From Vicinamibacterales bacterium (GTDB lineage: Bacteria; Acidobacteriota; Vicinamibacteria; Vicinamibacterales; UBA8438): 64,000 nucleotides of DNA. Positions 18,456-30,437 of this stretch are shown here, piece by piece. A model generated the notes under the pieces. That model was not told the DNA's origin. It made no database searches and was given only the letters and a program-made list of their open reading frames with translations. Made by a program: the position numbers and the translations under genes. Position 1 is the stretch's first letter. Each line of letters opens with the position of its first letter. Where the stretch lies: NCBI GenBank assembly GCA_965116825.1, contig OZ220736.1:1186057-1250056 (forward strand). Direction: 5' to 3'.

Positions 18456-18576
18456 CGCGGGTCCTGCGGCACCGCCTGCGCCGTGATACCGTCTGCGTTG
18501 TGAACCGCGGCCGCGATCGGAACGGTCGCCGGCGAGCGGAAGGGTGCCCCACTACCAGGAAGAATCGGAGTCGCGC

Positions 18577-19233
18577 ATGCCCAAAGCGCCAACGGTCCCG
18601 CGTCGTCACGCGTTGAAGATCCTGGGCGCGGCCACTGTCGCACCGGCCGTCGCCGAGGGCGCGTGGATGTTCCATCCGCTCGTCCCGCCGCAGGCGGACG
18701 GCGGCCCGTGGCGGCCGCGCTTCTTCACCGTGGACGAGAGCGCCGCCGTCGAGACGCTCGCCGAGCTGATCATCCCCGAGACGGACACGCCGGGCGCCCG
18801 GGCGGCCAACGTGCACCAGTACATCGACTGGATCGTCAGCCGCGCGGCGGAGGACGGCAGGATCGCCGACGACGGCGCCAACGATGGCGACGCATCGCTC
18901 CCCGCCGTGATGCGCGACGGACTCGCCTGGCTCGACCGCCGCACTGCCGCGCTGTACGGACGGCGTTTCATCGAGGCAACGAGCGGAGACCAGACCGCGC
19001 TGCTCGAACGCCTGGCCGCCGATCCGGTGGCCGAGGAAGCGGCCGGCGTGGCGTTCTTCCGGGAGACGCGGCGGCTCACCATCCACGGCTACTACCGCTC
19101 GGAGATCGGCATGCGCGAGGAGCTCGGCTACGACGGCAAGCGCTACCTGACCGGGTTCGAGGGCTGCACCCACGACGAGCACCTGTCCTGGGAGCCGGAG
19201 GACACGGACAACGCGCCCGCGGGAAGCCGGTGA
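18577..19233 (+). CDS. gluconate 2-dehydrogenase subunit 3-family small Tat subunit
   Basis: Tat signal [18 protein letters not shown]. Its size and position directly upstream of a GMC flavoprotein are typical of this family. Confidence 0.7.
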   Translation: MPKAPTVPRRHALKILGAATVAPAVAEGAWMFHPLVPPQADGGPWRPRFFTVDESAAVETLAELIIPETDTPGARAANVHQYIDWIVSRAAEDGRIADDGANDGDASLPAVMRDGLAWLDRRTAALYGRRFIEATSGDQTALLERLAADPVAEEAAGVAFFRETRRLTIHGYYRSEIGMREELGYDGKRYLTGFEGCTHDEHLSWEPEDTDNAPAGSR

Positions 19234-19238
19234 CCGCC

Positions 19239-20891
19239 ATGGAGATCCTGCAGCGCGGCGAGGTGCACGACGTCGTCGTCATCGGCAGCGGCGCCTCCGG
19301 CGCGATGGCGGCGCACACGCTGGTCGAGCACGGCGTGCGGGTGCTGATGCTCGACGCCGGCTGGAAGTTCGACCGCAGCCTGTCGTGGGCACACGTGCTG
19401 CCGTTCGAGGCCGACCGGCGGCTGCAGCAGGGCGACCGGCCGCAGCAGTTCCGGCTCGATACGCGCGAGCAGCCCTACCTGACGCCCGAGGGCCGGCCGT
19501 TCGACCTCTACCGCACCTGGGGCTGGGGCGGCAAGACCAACGTCTGGGGCCGGGTCAGCCTGCGCATGGCCGACCTCGACTTCGCCGGCCCCGCGCGCGA
19601 CGGCTGGGACATCCCCTGGCCGATCCGCTACGCGGACATCGCGCCGTACTACGACCGGGTCGAGCAGCGCATCGGCGTGACCGGGGGCGACGACGACTCC
19701 GACTCGCTGCCCGGCAGCCGCTACCACCTGCCGCCGGTCCGCCCGCGCTGCACGGAGGTCATCCTGACCCGCGCGGCCGAGCGCCTCGGCATCCCGAGCG
19801 TGCCGATCCGCCGCGCCGTACTGACGCGCGCCCACAACGGACGGACCGCCTGCCATTACTGCGGCTCGTGCGGTTCCGGCTGCCGGACCGCGTCGTACTT
19901 CAACGCCACCGACTACCTCCTGCTGCCGGCCATGGAGGCCGGGCGGCTGGAGATCGTCTCGGGCGCGGTCGCAGCCCGTGTGACTACAGACGACGAAGGC
20001 CGCGCCTCGGGCGTGCAGTACTTCGAGCGCCGCAGCGGCGCCGAGCGCCACGTCCGGGCGCGCACCGTGGTGGTCGCCGCCTCGGCGATGGACTCCACCC
20101 GCATCCTGCTCAACTCGACGTCGCCGCGGCATCCGAACGGCCTCGGCAACGGCAACGACCAGTTGGGGCGGAACTACTGCGAGCAGGTCCGCTTCCACCG
20201 CCACGGCTTTCTGCCCCAGCTCTTCGGCCGCGGCTACACCAACGACGACGGCATCGGCGGCGGCCACACCTACATCCCGCGCTTCAACCACCGGCTTCGC
20301 GGGCTCGACTACCTGCGCGGGTTCGGCATCCAGATGTGGATGAACGGCTGCCAGACGACCGGCGTCAACGTCGCCGAGCGCATGCCCGGACTCGAGTTCG
20401 GGGCCGGCTTCAAGCGGCGGGTGAAGGAGCGCTACCCCGCCCTCGCCTCGCTCCATCCCTACGGGGAGATGCTGCCGCGGCCGGACAACCGCGTGACCGT
20501 CGATCCGGACCGCACCGACCGCTATGGCGTGCCGTTGATGCGCATCGACGTCCGGTTCGGCGACAACGAGATGAAGATGGTGCGCCACATGCACCAGGTC
20601 GCCGACGAGATTCTGGAGACGGCCGGGGCCGAGGCGATCCCCGCCAGCCCCGGCGACCACGACCCGCCCGGCGCCGCGATTCACGAGCACGGCACCGTCC
20701 GCATGGGCGCCGATCCGGCCCGCTCGGTGCTCGACCGGTTCAACCGGATGCACGAGGTCGACAACGTCTTCGTGGTCGACGGCTCGTCGTTCACCACCGC
20801 GTCCGAGAAGAACCCGACGCTGACGATCCTGGCCCTCGCCTGGCGCGCCGCCGACTACCTCGCGGAGGAGCTGCGCGCCGGTCGCTTGTAG
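19239..20891 (+). CDS. GMC-family FAD oxidoreductase
   Basis: [18 protein letters not shown] fold and C-terminal [12 protein letters not shown]...VDGSSF. A GTG at 19230 overlapping the upstream stop is an alternative start. Confidence 0.85.
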   Translation: MEILQRGEVHDVVVIGSGASGAMAAHTLVEHGVRVLMLDAGWKFDRSLSWAHVLPFEADRRLQQGDRPQQFRLDTREQPYLTPEGRPFDLYRTWGWGGKTNVWGRVSLRMADLDFAGPARDGWDIPWPIRYADIAPYYDRVEQRIGVTGGDDDSDSLPGSRYHLPPVRPRCTEVILTRAAERLGIPSVPIRRAVLTRAHNGRTACHYCGSCGSGCRTASYFNATDYLLLPAMEAGRLEIVSGAVAARVTTDDEGRASGVQYFERRSGAERHVRARTVVVAASAMDSTRILLNSTSPRHPNGLGNGNDQLGRNYCEQVRFHRHGFLPQLFGRGYTNDDGIGGGHTYIPRFNHRLRGLDYLRGFGIQMWMNGCQTTGVNVAERMPGLEFGAGFKRRVKERYPALASLHPYGEMLPRPDNRVTVDPDRTDRYGVPLMRIDVRFGDNEMKMVRHMHQVADEILETAGAEAIPASPGDHDPPGAAIHEHGTVRMGADPARSVLDRFNRMHEVDNVFVVDGSSFTTASEKNPTLTILALAWRAADYLAEELRAGRL

Positions 20892-20901
20892 GAGAAACTA
20901 C

Positions 20902-22377
20902 ATGACACGCTTGCGCCTTTTCGGCTCGGCACTCATCGTCGCGGCTACCCTCGCCGCCTGCGCCGGCCCCGAGCCGGTCGAGATAACGATGACCAACGGG
21001 CAGGGCGAGATCGCCGGCGAGGTCACCGCCACGTCGGTCATCCTGCAGACGCGCCTGACGTCGAAGGCGGGCTGGGTCGACGGCGACCTGCCCGGCGTGG
21101 ACGGGGTCGCGCGCTTCGAGGTGGCGACCGATCCCGACTTCGCCGATCCGATCACCACCGACTGGCTCACGGCCGCGGCAGACGCCGATCACATCGTCAA
21201 GGCCAGGATCGACGGCCTCTCCCCCGGCACGGAGTACCTCTACCGCGTAGTCTACGGCCCGGATCCGGAGCACACCGAAAACGGCGCGACGCGGTCGTTC
21301 GCCACCCACCCGGGAGCGGACGCGGCGGCGCGGACGAGCTTCACCGTCGTCACCGGCATGAACTACTACCAGTTCTACGACAACCCGAACCGCGCCTACA
21401 CGGGGCCGGACAAGGAGCTCGGCTTCCCGGGGCTGGCGTCGATGCTCGCCCTCGAACCCGACTTCTTCGTGGCGACCGGCGACAACGTCTACTACGACGC
21501 GCCCTACGACGGACGGGCCGACACGGCGCCCACGATGCGCCGGAAGTGGCACCGGCAGCTCTCGAAGCAGCGCTTCATCGACTTCTTCGCCGACACGCCG
21601 ACCTACTGGGAGAAGGACGACCACGACTACCGCTACAACGACTGCGACAACACCAGCGACGCGGCGCCGCTGCCCGACCTCGGCCGCCGCATCTTCCTGG
21701 AGCAGGTGCCGGTGGCCGATCCGAACGATCCGGATCCGCTGCCGTACCGCACGCACCGCGTGAGTCGGGACCTGCAGATCTGGCTCACCGAGGGGCGCGA
21801 ATTCCGCAGCCCGAACATGATGGAGCCGGGCCCCGGCAAGACGTTGTGGGGCGCAGAGCAACTCGCCTGGTTCAAGGAGACGCTGGCGGAAAGCGACGCG
21901 ACCTTCAAGATACTGATCTCGCCCACGCCCATGGTGGGCCCCGACGACGCCGATCAGGCCGGTCGCGCGGCCGAGAACCACGACCCGGTCAAGCGCGACA
22001 ACCACTCGAACCCGGGCGGCTTCCGCCACGAGCGGGACGAGCTGTTCGCCTGGCTTATCGAGAACGGCTTCCTCGAGAAGAACTTCTACATCGTGACCGG
22101 CGACCGCCACTGGCAGTACCACTCGCTCGACCCGACCGGCTTCGAGGAGTTCTCGACCGGCGCCCTCGTCGACGCCAACTCGCGCGTCGGCCGGCCGCCG
22201 GGCGATCCGGACTCGAACGACCCGGATGCGCTCGTGATGCAGTACTACACCTACGACGAACCGACCGGCGGCTTCCTGAACGTCGTCGTTGCGCCGGGCG
22301 ACCAACCGACCGCCACCTTCCGCTTCTACGACGAGCAGGGCGAGCTGCTGTACGAGGATGTCAAGACTGCGAACTGA
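20902..22377 (+). CDS. PhoD-like alkaline phosphatase, lipoprotein
   Basis: Lipobox LIVAATLAAC. Metallophosphatase motifs ATGDNVYYD and IVTGDRHWQY, plus ISPTPMVGPDD. Confidence 0.85.
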   Translation: MTRLRLFGSALIVAATLAACAGPEPVEITMTNGQGEIAGEVTATSVILQTRLTSKAGWVDGDLPGVDGVARFEVATDPDFADPITTDWLTAAADADHIVKARIDGLSPGTEYLYRVVYGPDPEHTENGATRSFATHPGADAAARTSFTVVTGMNYYQFYDNPNRAYTGPDKELGFPGLASMLALEPDFFVATGDNVYYDAPYDGRADTAPTMRRKWHRQLSKQRFIDFFADTPTYWEKDDHDYRYNDCDNTSDAAPLPDLGRRIFLEQVPVADPNDPDPLPYRTHRVSRDLQIWLTEGREFRSPNMMEPGPGKTLWGAEQLAWFKETLAESDATFKILISPTPMVGPDDADQAGRAAENHDPVKRDNHSNPGGFRHERDELFAWLIENGFLEKNFYIVTGDRHWQYHSLDPTGFEEFSTGALVDANSRVGRPPGDPDSNDPDALVMQYYTYDEPTGGFLNVVVAPGDQPTATFRFYDEQGELLYEDVKTAN

Positions 22378-23488
22378 GCACGGCTCCCACTCGGGCGGAG
22401 GATTCCGCGCACGGGCGGCCAACCGGCTCGTCTGCGCGGTCGGCATCGCGTCTCTGGTCGCGGGTACGACGACTGCGGCCGCCGGCCCCCGCCGACCGCA
22501 ACAGCCGCGGCCGGACACCCCCGTTGCCGCGCCTGCCGCCGCGGCGCAGATGGAAACCGGAGCGCAGACCGGCGCGACAGCGGCGGCCGACGCCCCGGGA
22601 CCGGAGCTGTTCGTCGGGCCGCCGGAGCCGCCGTGGCTCTACGGTCCACCTGCGCCGGGCATCGAGGAGCTCGCCGAGGGCCTCTACGTCGTGACCGGTT
22701 ACGGCGGCAACGTGGTCGCGCGGGTCACGCCGGAAGGCGCGGTCATCGCGGGCGAGCCGGCCGCGGCGGCCGAGACGATTGCGGCGCGGGTGGCGAGCGT
22801 TGCCGACGAGCCAATCCGCTACCTGGTCCGGACCCACCGCCGCAACGACGAACCCCCGGCGCTGCCCGGCCCCTGGGAGGGCGCGAGACTCGTGGCTCCC
22901 GAACCGCCCGCGATCGGCGCGGCGGGCGCCGGCGCCGATACTTCGCCGGTGCGGCCGGACCTGTCGTTCACCCGCGGGCTGTCGCTGTTCGTCGGCGAGG
23001 CCGAGATCCAGCTCCACCACTTCGCCCCGGCGCACACCGGCAGCGACGCCGTGGTGCTCTTCCCCGACCTGGGCGTCCTGTACGCCGGGGAGCTCGTGGT
23101 CCGCGGGATGCCGTTCATCGACTACGCGGCGGGCGGCAGCAGCCGCGGCTGGGTCGAGACGCTGAACGGGATCCTGGCTCTCGAATTCGACACCGTCGTC
23201 CCCGGAGCCGGGCCGGCCCTGACGAAGCGCGACGTGCAGATCTTCCGCGACCGGTTCGTGACGCTGCGGATGCGCACGATGCAGCTCCTGTACCGCGAGG
23301 TGGCGCGGGGGAACGCGCTGCCGCTGCTGCAGACGACCGACCTCGACTGGCCGCGAGCGGCCGGCGGCCCTTTCGACGCACGGAGCTTCGCCGCCCTCTA
23401 CGACGAGCTCGCCGTCGAACGGGAGGCGGCTCGCGAGGCCGCCGCACTCGAGTCGGAAACAAACGCCGTCGACACCGAGCGTCCGTAA
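22358..23488 (+). CDS. MBL-fold-like protein with degenerate metal motif, secreted
   Basis: ATG at 22358 overlaps the phoD end. Signal-like LVCAVGIASLVAG. MBL-like order of motifs, but HxHxDH reads THRRNDE. A later HHFAPAHTGSDAVVLFPD is retained. Confidence 0.45.
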   Translation: MSRLRTEHGSHSGGGFRARAANRLVCAVGIASLVAGTTTAAAGPRRPQQPRPDTPVAAPAAAAQMETGAQTGATAAADAPGPELFVGPPEPPWLYGPPAPGIEELAEGLYVVTGYGGNVVARVTPEGAVIAGEPAAAAETIAARVASVADEPIRYLVRTHRRNDEPPALPGPWEGARLVAPEPPAIGAAGAGADTSPVRPDLSFTRGLSLFVGEAEIQLHHFAPAHTGSDAVVLFPDLGVLYAGELVVRGMPFIDYAAGGSSRGWVETLNGILALEFDTVVPGAGPALTKRDVQIFRDRFVTLRMRTMQLLYREVARGNALPLLQTTDLDWPRAAGGPFDARSFAALYDELAVEREAAREAAALESETNAVDTERP

Positions 23489-23494
23489 GGCACC

Positions 23495-23520
23495 CGCGCG
23501 CCGACGGCGCAGGGCGCGCG
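23495..23520. terminator. GC-rich hairpin between convergent genes (bidirectional terminator candidate)
   Basis: CGCGCGCC (23495-23502) pairs with GGCGCGCG (23513-23520) around a 10-nt loop. It lies between the MBL-like (+) and SixA-like (-) gene ends. Confidence 0.35.
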
Positions 23521-23561
23521 CCGCGAGGTGCGAGATTTCAAGCAGCCCGGAAGCTCGGCGG

Positions 23562-24062
23562 TCAGGTGTCGTCGGGCAGCTCGCGCGGTCGCCACACGCC
23601 GGCCAGGGTGCCGGCGCCCGCCGCGCCCAGGTCCTTCCAGGACCGGATCGACAGGCGAACTTCGGCCAGAGCGGCGGTCGGCAGCGTTTCGGGACGCCCC
23701 GTCAGGCGCGCGACCAGATCCTCCAACCCCGGGTTGTGCCCGACGACCATCACGCGTCGTGCGGGGCCGGCGACGCTGCGGACGACGTCGACGATCTCGT
23801 CCGGGCTGGCGAGATAGAGGCGACGCTCGAGTTGCACGGTCCCGGCGTAGCCGGCGTGCTCGGCGACCTCGTCCGCCGTCCAGCGCGCGCGCTTCGCGGT
23901 CGAGCTCACGATGGTGTCCGGACATAGCCCCTGCGCCGCCACGAGGCGCCCCATCCGCGGCGCGTCCCGCTTTCCGCGCTTGTTCAGCGGCCGGTCGTGG
24001 TCGGACGTCTCCCGGTGTTTCCAGCTCGACTTGGCGTGCCGCAGAACGAGCAGCGTCTTCAT
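23562..24062 (-). CDS. sixA: histidine phosphatase-family protein (SixA-like)
   Basis: 166 aa. MKTLLVLRHAKSSW...RPLNKRGKRDA and GHNPG motifs of the SixA branch. Confidence 0.75.
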   Translation of the reverse strand: MKTLLVLRHAKSSWKHRETSDHDRPLNKRGKRDAPRMGRLVAAQGLCPDTIVSSTAKRARWTADEVAEHAGYAGTVQLERRLYLASPDEIVDVVRSVAGPARRVMVVGHNPGLEDLVARLTGRPETLPTAALAEVRLSIRSWKDLGAAGAGTLAGVWRPRELPDDT

Positions 24063-24137
24063 CGCGTGAGCCTTGTATGATCGGTGATGGATGGGGATTC
24101 AGCAAGCCCCGAATCCCGGCGCCAGCCCTGAGACATC

Positions 24138-24383
24138 ATGCTGCTCATCGGCCTTCTCGACATCTACTCTTTCATCGTCTTCGGCGCGGTAATCGCCTCC
24201 TGGGTGCAGCTTCCGCCCGACAACCCGATCGGGAACTTCCTGAACACCATGACGGAGCCGTTGCTGGGGCCCATCCGTTCGGTGCTGCCCGACATGGGCG
24301 GGCTGGACTTCTCTCCGCTCGTGCTGCTGTTCGGGGTCCGGATGCTGCGCGGCGTCCTGCTGTCGGCGGCGGCCGGGTTCTGA
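24138..24383 (+). CDS. yggT: YggT-family membrane protein
   Basis: 81 aa, two TM helices, with YSFIVFGAVIASWV...NPIGNFLNTMTEPLLGPIR typical of YggT. Confidence 0.85.
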   Translation: MLLIGLLDIYSFIVFGAVIASWVQLPPDNPIGNFLNTMTEPLLGPIRSVLPDMGGLDFSPLVLLFGVRMLRGVLLSAAAGF

Positions 24384-24480
24384 ACGGCGGCTTCCGGAGC
24401 GTCGCACGGGCGGGCCGGGCGCAAGACACCATGCCCGAAAGCGATTATCATTCCCTGCACTTTTCCTCGGAGGTAGCACC

Positions 24481-25284
24481 ATGCGCAAAGCACTCTTCGT
24501 CGGGCTGATCCAGGCCGCGCTCGTCGCCGCCCTGGTCGTCCTCGCCGGCCCCGCAGCGCCGGCCCAGGCCCAGGAGAACACGTTCGACACCCTGGTCGAC
24601 GTCCGGATGGGCGAACGCGTGTTCCGCGCCCAGTGCGGACGCTGCCACGGCCGGGACGCCCGCGGCAACGACGAGACCGGCGCGCCGGATCTGACGACCG
24701 GCCAGTTCTCGCAGGCGAGCAGCGACGCCGGGATGTTCAGCGTCATCCGCGACGGGATCGAGAACACCGCGATGATCGGCATCAGCCCCCGGGCGTCCGA
24801 TCAGACCGTGTGGCAGATCGTCTCCTACATCAACTCGCTGAATCTCGATCCGGCCGACTACGATCTGCCCGGCGACGCGGCCCGCGGCGAGCAAGTGTAC
24901 GCCGGCGCGGACTGCGCGAGCTGCCACATGATCGGCGGCGAGGGCGGACGGACGGGTCCCGACCTGTCCACCGTCGGCAGCCGGCTGGATCCCGACGAGA
25001 TCGCGACTTCCCTCAGCGACCCCGACGCCGAGGTGACGCCCCGCTGGTGGACGATGCGCATCAACCGGGCCGACGGCTCGACCATCGAAGGGCTGCGGAT
25101 GAACGAGGACACGTTCACGGTCCGCATCATGGATACCGACGAGAACCTCTGGAGCTTCATGAAGAGCGAGGTCCGCTCCCTCGAGCGGATCAAGACCTCG
25201 ACCATGCCGGCCGCCGAAAATCTGACCGCCAGCGAAGTGGACGACCTGGTCGCCTACCTCTTCTCGCTGCGCAGGGAGAGCTGA
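24481..25284 (+). CDS. dihaem c-type cytochrome
   Basis: GGAGG upstream, signal peptide, and two haem motifs (CGRCHG and CASCHM). Confidence 0.8.
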   Translation: MRKALFVGLIQAALVAALVVLAGPAAPAQAQENTFDTLVDVRMGERVFRAQCGRCHGRDARGNDETGAPDLTTGQFSQASSDAGMFSVIRDGIENTAMIGISPRASDQTVWQIVSYINSLNLDPADYDLPGDAARGEQVYAGADCASCHMIGGEGGRTGPDLSTVGSRLDPDEIATSLSDPDAEVTPRWWTMRINRADGSTIEGLRMNEDTFTVRIMDTDENLWSFMKSEVRSLERIKTSTMPAAENLTASEVDDLVAYLFSLRRES

Positions 25285-25286
25285 CG

Positions 25287-26906
25287 ATGAGACCATTTGC
25301 GACGGTATTCGTGTTGATTGCGCTCGCGTTGCCGGCCGTGTCGACGGCCCAGGACGAGCCCTCCTTGCGGCCCGTCACCTGGGAACGGCTGCTGAACGCC
25401 GACGACGAGCCGGAGAACTGGCTCATGTACTCCGGCACCCTCGACAGCAAGCGGTACAGCGGACTGGAGCAGATCCACAACCGCAACGTCGGCAACCTCG
25501 AGTTGAAGTGGGCGTACCAGATCCCCGAGATCGACCGCGCGGAGACCACGCCGCTGGTCGTCGACGGCGTGATGTTCGTCACCGAGGCGCCGAGCAACGT
25601 GGTGGCCCTCGACGCGGCGACCGGCCGGCAGTACTGGCGCTACGACCACGAGTTGCCGGACGACCTGCGCATCTGCTGCGGGCGCAACAACCGGGGCGTG
25701 GCCATCCTCGGCGAGACGCTCTTCATGAGCACCCTCGACGCGCACACCGTCGCCATCGACGCCCGCACCGGCAATCTGGTCTGGAACACCGAGACCGCCC
25801 CGCACGCGAGCGGCTACAGCAAGACGGCGGCCCCGCTCATCGTCAAGGACCAGGTGATCACCGGGATCGCGGGCGGCGAGTACGGCATCCGCGGCTTCCT
25901 CGATTCGTACGACGCGACGAGCGGCGCCCGCAACTGGCGGACCTACACCATCCCCGGTCCGGACGACCCCGGCAACCAGACCTGGGCCGGCGAATCGTGG
26001 CGCACCGGCGGGTCGCCGACGTGGATCACCGGCGCCTACGATCCGGACCTCGACCTGGTCTATTGGGGCACGGGCAACCCCGGCCCCGACTGGAACGGCG
26101 ACGTCCGCCTGGGCGACAACCTCTACTCCGACTCGGTCCTCGCCTTGAACGGCGTGGGCGGCGAGATGGAGTGGTACTTCCAGTTCACGCCGCACGACAT
26201 CCACGACTGGGACGCCATCCAGGTGCCGATTCTCGCCGACATCATGTACGCGGGCGAGACGCGGAAGGTGATGATGTGGGCCAACCGCAACGCCTTCTAC
26301 TACACGCTCGACCGCGAGACCGGCGAGTTCCTGGTCGGCAAGCCGTACGCGCGGCAGACCTGGGCGGAAGGGCTCGACGAGAACGGGCGTCCGATCCGCG
26401 TGCCGAACATGGAGCCGTCCGTGGAAGGCAAGCTCGTCTCGCCGACCATCGGCGGCGGCACCAACTGGTGGTCGCCCACCTTCAGTCCGCGCACCGGCCT
26501 GTACTACGTCAACGCGTTCGACGGCGAGCAGATCTACTTCATCCGCGAGGAGGAGTACGTCGAGGGCGAGCAGTACACCGGGGGCGGCGGCGAGAGCGCC
26601 GGGCCTATCGAGAACTACCACAGCGCGGTGCGCGCCATCAATCCGGCGACCGGCGACGTGCAGTGGGAGTATCCGATCGCGCCGCGCTCCACGTCGGGCC
26701 TGATGTCCACCGCCGGCGACCTCGTCTTCGGCGGCACCGTCGACGGCTACTTCTTCGCCATCGACGCGGTCAGCGGCGAAGAGCTCTGGCACATGACGGT
26801 GGGCGCCCGCGTCCACTCGGCGCCGATCAGCTACGCGGTCGACGGCCAGCAGTACGTCTCGATCGCGGCGGGCAACGTCGTCTTCACGTTCGGCCTCGCC
26901 GAGTAG
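25287..26906 (+). CDS. PQQ-dependent dehydrogenase (methanol/ethanol family)
   Basis: ATG at 25287, 3 nt after the cytochrome stop. Signal peptide, PENWLMYSGTLDSKRYSGLEQI, and repeated beta-propeller W motifs. Confidence 0.85.
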   Translation: MRPFATVFVLIALALPAVSTAQDEPSLRPVTWERLLNADDEPENWLMYSGTLDSKRYSGLEQIHNRNVGNLELKWAYQIPEIDRAETTPLVVDGVMFVTEAPSNVVALDAATGRQYWRYDHELPDDLRICCGRNNRGVAILGETLFMSTLDAHTVAIDARTGNLVWNTETAPHASGYSKTAAPLIVKDQVITGIAGGEYGIRGFLDSYDATSGARNWRTYTIPGPDDPGNQTWAGESWRTGGSPTWITGAYDPDLDLVYWGTGNPGPDWNGDVRLGDNLYSDSVLALNGVGGEMEWYFQFTPHDIHDWDAIQVPILADIMYAGETRKVMMWANRNAFYYTLDRETGEFLVGKPYARQTWAEGLDENGRPIRVPNMEPSVEGKLVSPTIGGGTNWWSPTFSPRTGLYYVNAFDGEQIYFIREEEYVEGEQYTGGGGESAGPIENYHSAVRAINPATGDVQWEYPIAPRSTSGLMSTAGDLVFGGTVDGYFFAIDAVSGEELWHMTVGARVHSAPISYAVDGQQYVSIAAGNVVFTFGLAE

Positions 26907-26911
26907 GACCA

Positions 26912-26950
26912 GGCGGGAGCCGGGCGCACCAGATGCGCCCGGCTCCCGCC
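26912..26950 (+). terminator. 16-bp perfect GC hairpin directly after the PQQ dehydrogenase stop
   Basis: GGCGGGAGCCGGGCGC-ACCAGAT-GCGCCCGGCTCCCGCC. No U-tract follows. Confidence 0.55.
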
Positions 26951-27013
26951 ACCGGCACTCCGGGTTCGATCCGACCTCGCACCCCTCGCCTGAGCGCGCC
27001 TTCGCGTTCTACG

Positions 27014-27940
27014 ATGCCCGGCATGGCTTTCGTCGCCTTCATCGGCGGTCTCCGTCGCGTCGCGGCCGCCCCGTCCCTGCTTCTCGGCGCCTACGGCCTC
27101 GCCCTCGCGATCATCCTCGGGATGCAGCTCATCCCGGGCGGAGCCGGCGCGGCGCAACCCCGACCGGCCGCGGCGGCCGGGGCGCTCGTCGGCATCCCGC
27201 ACACCTTCGGGCCCGGTCTGGTCGGCTTTGCAGCCGTGCTCTCGACTCTCGCTGACCCGTACGGGATGCGAGCGCCGCTCGGGGCCGCCACCGGCGTGGC
27301 CGTCGCCGGCGTAGCGGCCTGGACGTTCCTGGCCGGCGGTATCCTCGACCGGCTGGCCCGGCAGCAGGGGACGGGAGGACCGGCTTTCTTCGCGGCCTGC
27401 CGGCACCATTTCTGGCCGCTGGCGCGTCTCGCGGCCCTGGCCGGCGGCATGTACTGGTTCCTGCTGGGCGGGCTGTTTCCGTGGCTCCTCGCCGACCCGC
27501 TTGCCGCGCCGGCGCGCCTGCCGACCGTGCCGGCCGACGCCGCCCGGTCCGCGCTTCACCTGATGTTCGGCGCCGGCATAGCCGGTGTCGGCCTGCTCGT
27601 CGACTACGCCAGAGTCCGCGCCGTCGTCGAGGATCGCCGGAGCATGGTGGGAGCGCTGCTTGCCGCGCTGCGATTCGTGCGGCGGCGCCCTGCAGCCGTC
27701 ATCGGGCTGTGGCTCATGAACGCGGCGCTGGCCGCGGCCGCCCTCGCCGCCTGGACCCTGGCCGCGCCCGGTCCCGGCGCGGTCTACCCGGCAATGCGTG
27801 CGGCGTTCCTCGGCGGGCAGCTCTGCATGGCGGCGCAACTCTTCGCGCAACTCGTGGCCTGGGCTTCGCAGACCGCGTACTTCCAGGACCAGCTCGCGCA
27901 TGCCACCTACGTGGCCCGGACGCGCGTGTCACGGCCCTGA
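27014..27940 (+). CDS. hypothetical polytopic membrane protein
   Basis: ATG at 27014 inside the artefactual 25508..27940 ORF. 308 aa of Ala/Leu/Gly-rich TM helices. No family recognised. Confidence 0.45.
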   Translation: MPGMAFVAFIGGLRRVAAAPSLLLGAYGLALAIILGMQLIPGGAGAAQPRPAAAAGALVGIPHTFGPGLVGFAAVLSTLADPYGMRAPLGAATGVAVAGVAAWTFLAGGILDRLARQQGTGGPAFFAACRHHFWPLARLAALAGGMYWFLLGGLFPWLLADPLAAPARLPTVPADAARSALHLMFGAGIAGVGLLVDYARVRAVVEDRRSMVGALLAALRFVRRRPAAVIGLWLMNAALAAAALAAWTLAAPGPGAVYPAMRAAFLGGQLCMAAQLFAQLVAWASQTAYFQDQLAHATYVARTRVSRP

Positions 27941-27941
27941 C

Positions 27942-29432
<1,491 letters not shown>

Positions 29433-29642
29433 CCCGCAACAGCCGCGCCGTCCGCCCGCGCTCCGCGGCTCATGACGCCGTCCGGCAGCCGTCCACTCTA
29501 TCACCGCGCACCGGAAGCGCCCGGCCGGTGTGGTGCCCGCATGAAGCACCCCGAACGTGTCGCGCCCCGGACGAGCCGCGCGGCGCGAAGGCCGCGACTG
29601 TGGTACAAGTGAGACAGAGGCCGCCTGCCGAGGAGATCAAGC

Positions 29643-30392
29643 ATGGACGCGATTCAGAGACAGTTCGCCAGCATCGCCGCCGCGTTGTCGATCGCCGTCG
29701 GCGTGACCGCCGCCGCGGCCCCCGCCGCCGCCCAGTCTCCGGAGCAGGTCGAGCAGGCCGTCGAGCGAGAGTTGCGGCGGGATCGCGCGCTGCGCCGTCT
29801 CGAGGTGTCGGTAGCCGGCGACGAGGTGACGCTGACCGGGACAGTGCGCCACTTCTGGGACAAGAACGAAGCGTTGCGCCGCGCCTTCGACGTCCGGGGC
29901 GTCGGCACCGTGGTCAGCGAGATCGAGGTGCCTGTCCAGGAGGACCAGGAAGAGCTCGTCGAGGACGTGAGCCGGGCCATCCAGCGCTACCCGCACTACC
30001 GGATCTGGGACTACATCGACGGCCGGATCGACAGCGGCGTCGTGAGCATCTTCGGGCGGGTGACTCCCGAGCGCGACAAGGCGGGCGAGCTGTTCGAGCG
30101 CATCGCCAAGGTGCGCGGCGTGCAGGACGTGCAGATGAACGTCACGCCGCTGTCGCCGAGCCGCTCGGACGACCGGCTCCGCGCCTCTATCGGACGGCGG
30201 CTGTTCTCCAGCGAGCACTTCCAGCGCTTCGCGTCGATGACGAATCCACCGTTCCACATCATCGTGAACAACAGCGTCGTCACGCTGATCGGCTACGTGC
30301 AGAGCCGGATCGAGTACATCGAGATGCAGCGCATCGTCGCGCAGACGCAAGGCGTCCTGCGCGTCGACAACCAGATACAGACCCTCCGCTAG
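29643..30392 (+). CDS. secreted BON-domain protein
   Basis: GAGGAG upstream, signal peptide, and repeated BON-like units (VAGDEVTLTGTV..., SGVVSIFGRV..., NSVVTLIGYV...). Confidence 0.75.
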   Translation: MDAIQRQFASIAAALSIAVGVTAAAAPAAAQSPEQVEQAVERELRRDRALRRLEVSVAGDEVTLTGTVRHFWDKNEALRRAFDVRGVGTVVSEIEVPVQEDQEELVEDVSRAIQRYPHYRIWDYIDGRIDSGVVSIFGRVTPERDKAGELFERIAKVRGVQDVQMNVTPLSPSRSDDRLRASIGRRLFSSEHFQRFASMTNPPFHIIVNNSVVTLIGYVQSRIEYIEMQRIVAQTQGVLRVDNQIQTLR

Positions 30393-30437
30393 CGATCCAC
30401 CTACGGGCTCCCAGGCCGCGGCGCGCCGCCGGGCGCG

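Noticed and set aside
26950-26980. GGGTTCGATCC motif resembling a tRNA T-arm
   Set aside because: The flanking bases cannot form the T-stem (CCGGG versus CGACC). No acceptor, D or anticodon arms could be drawn. It follows the terminator-like hairpin of the PQQ dehydrogenase gene.
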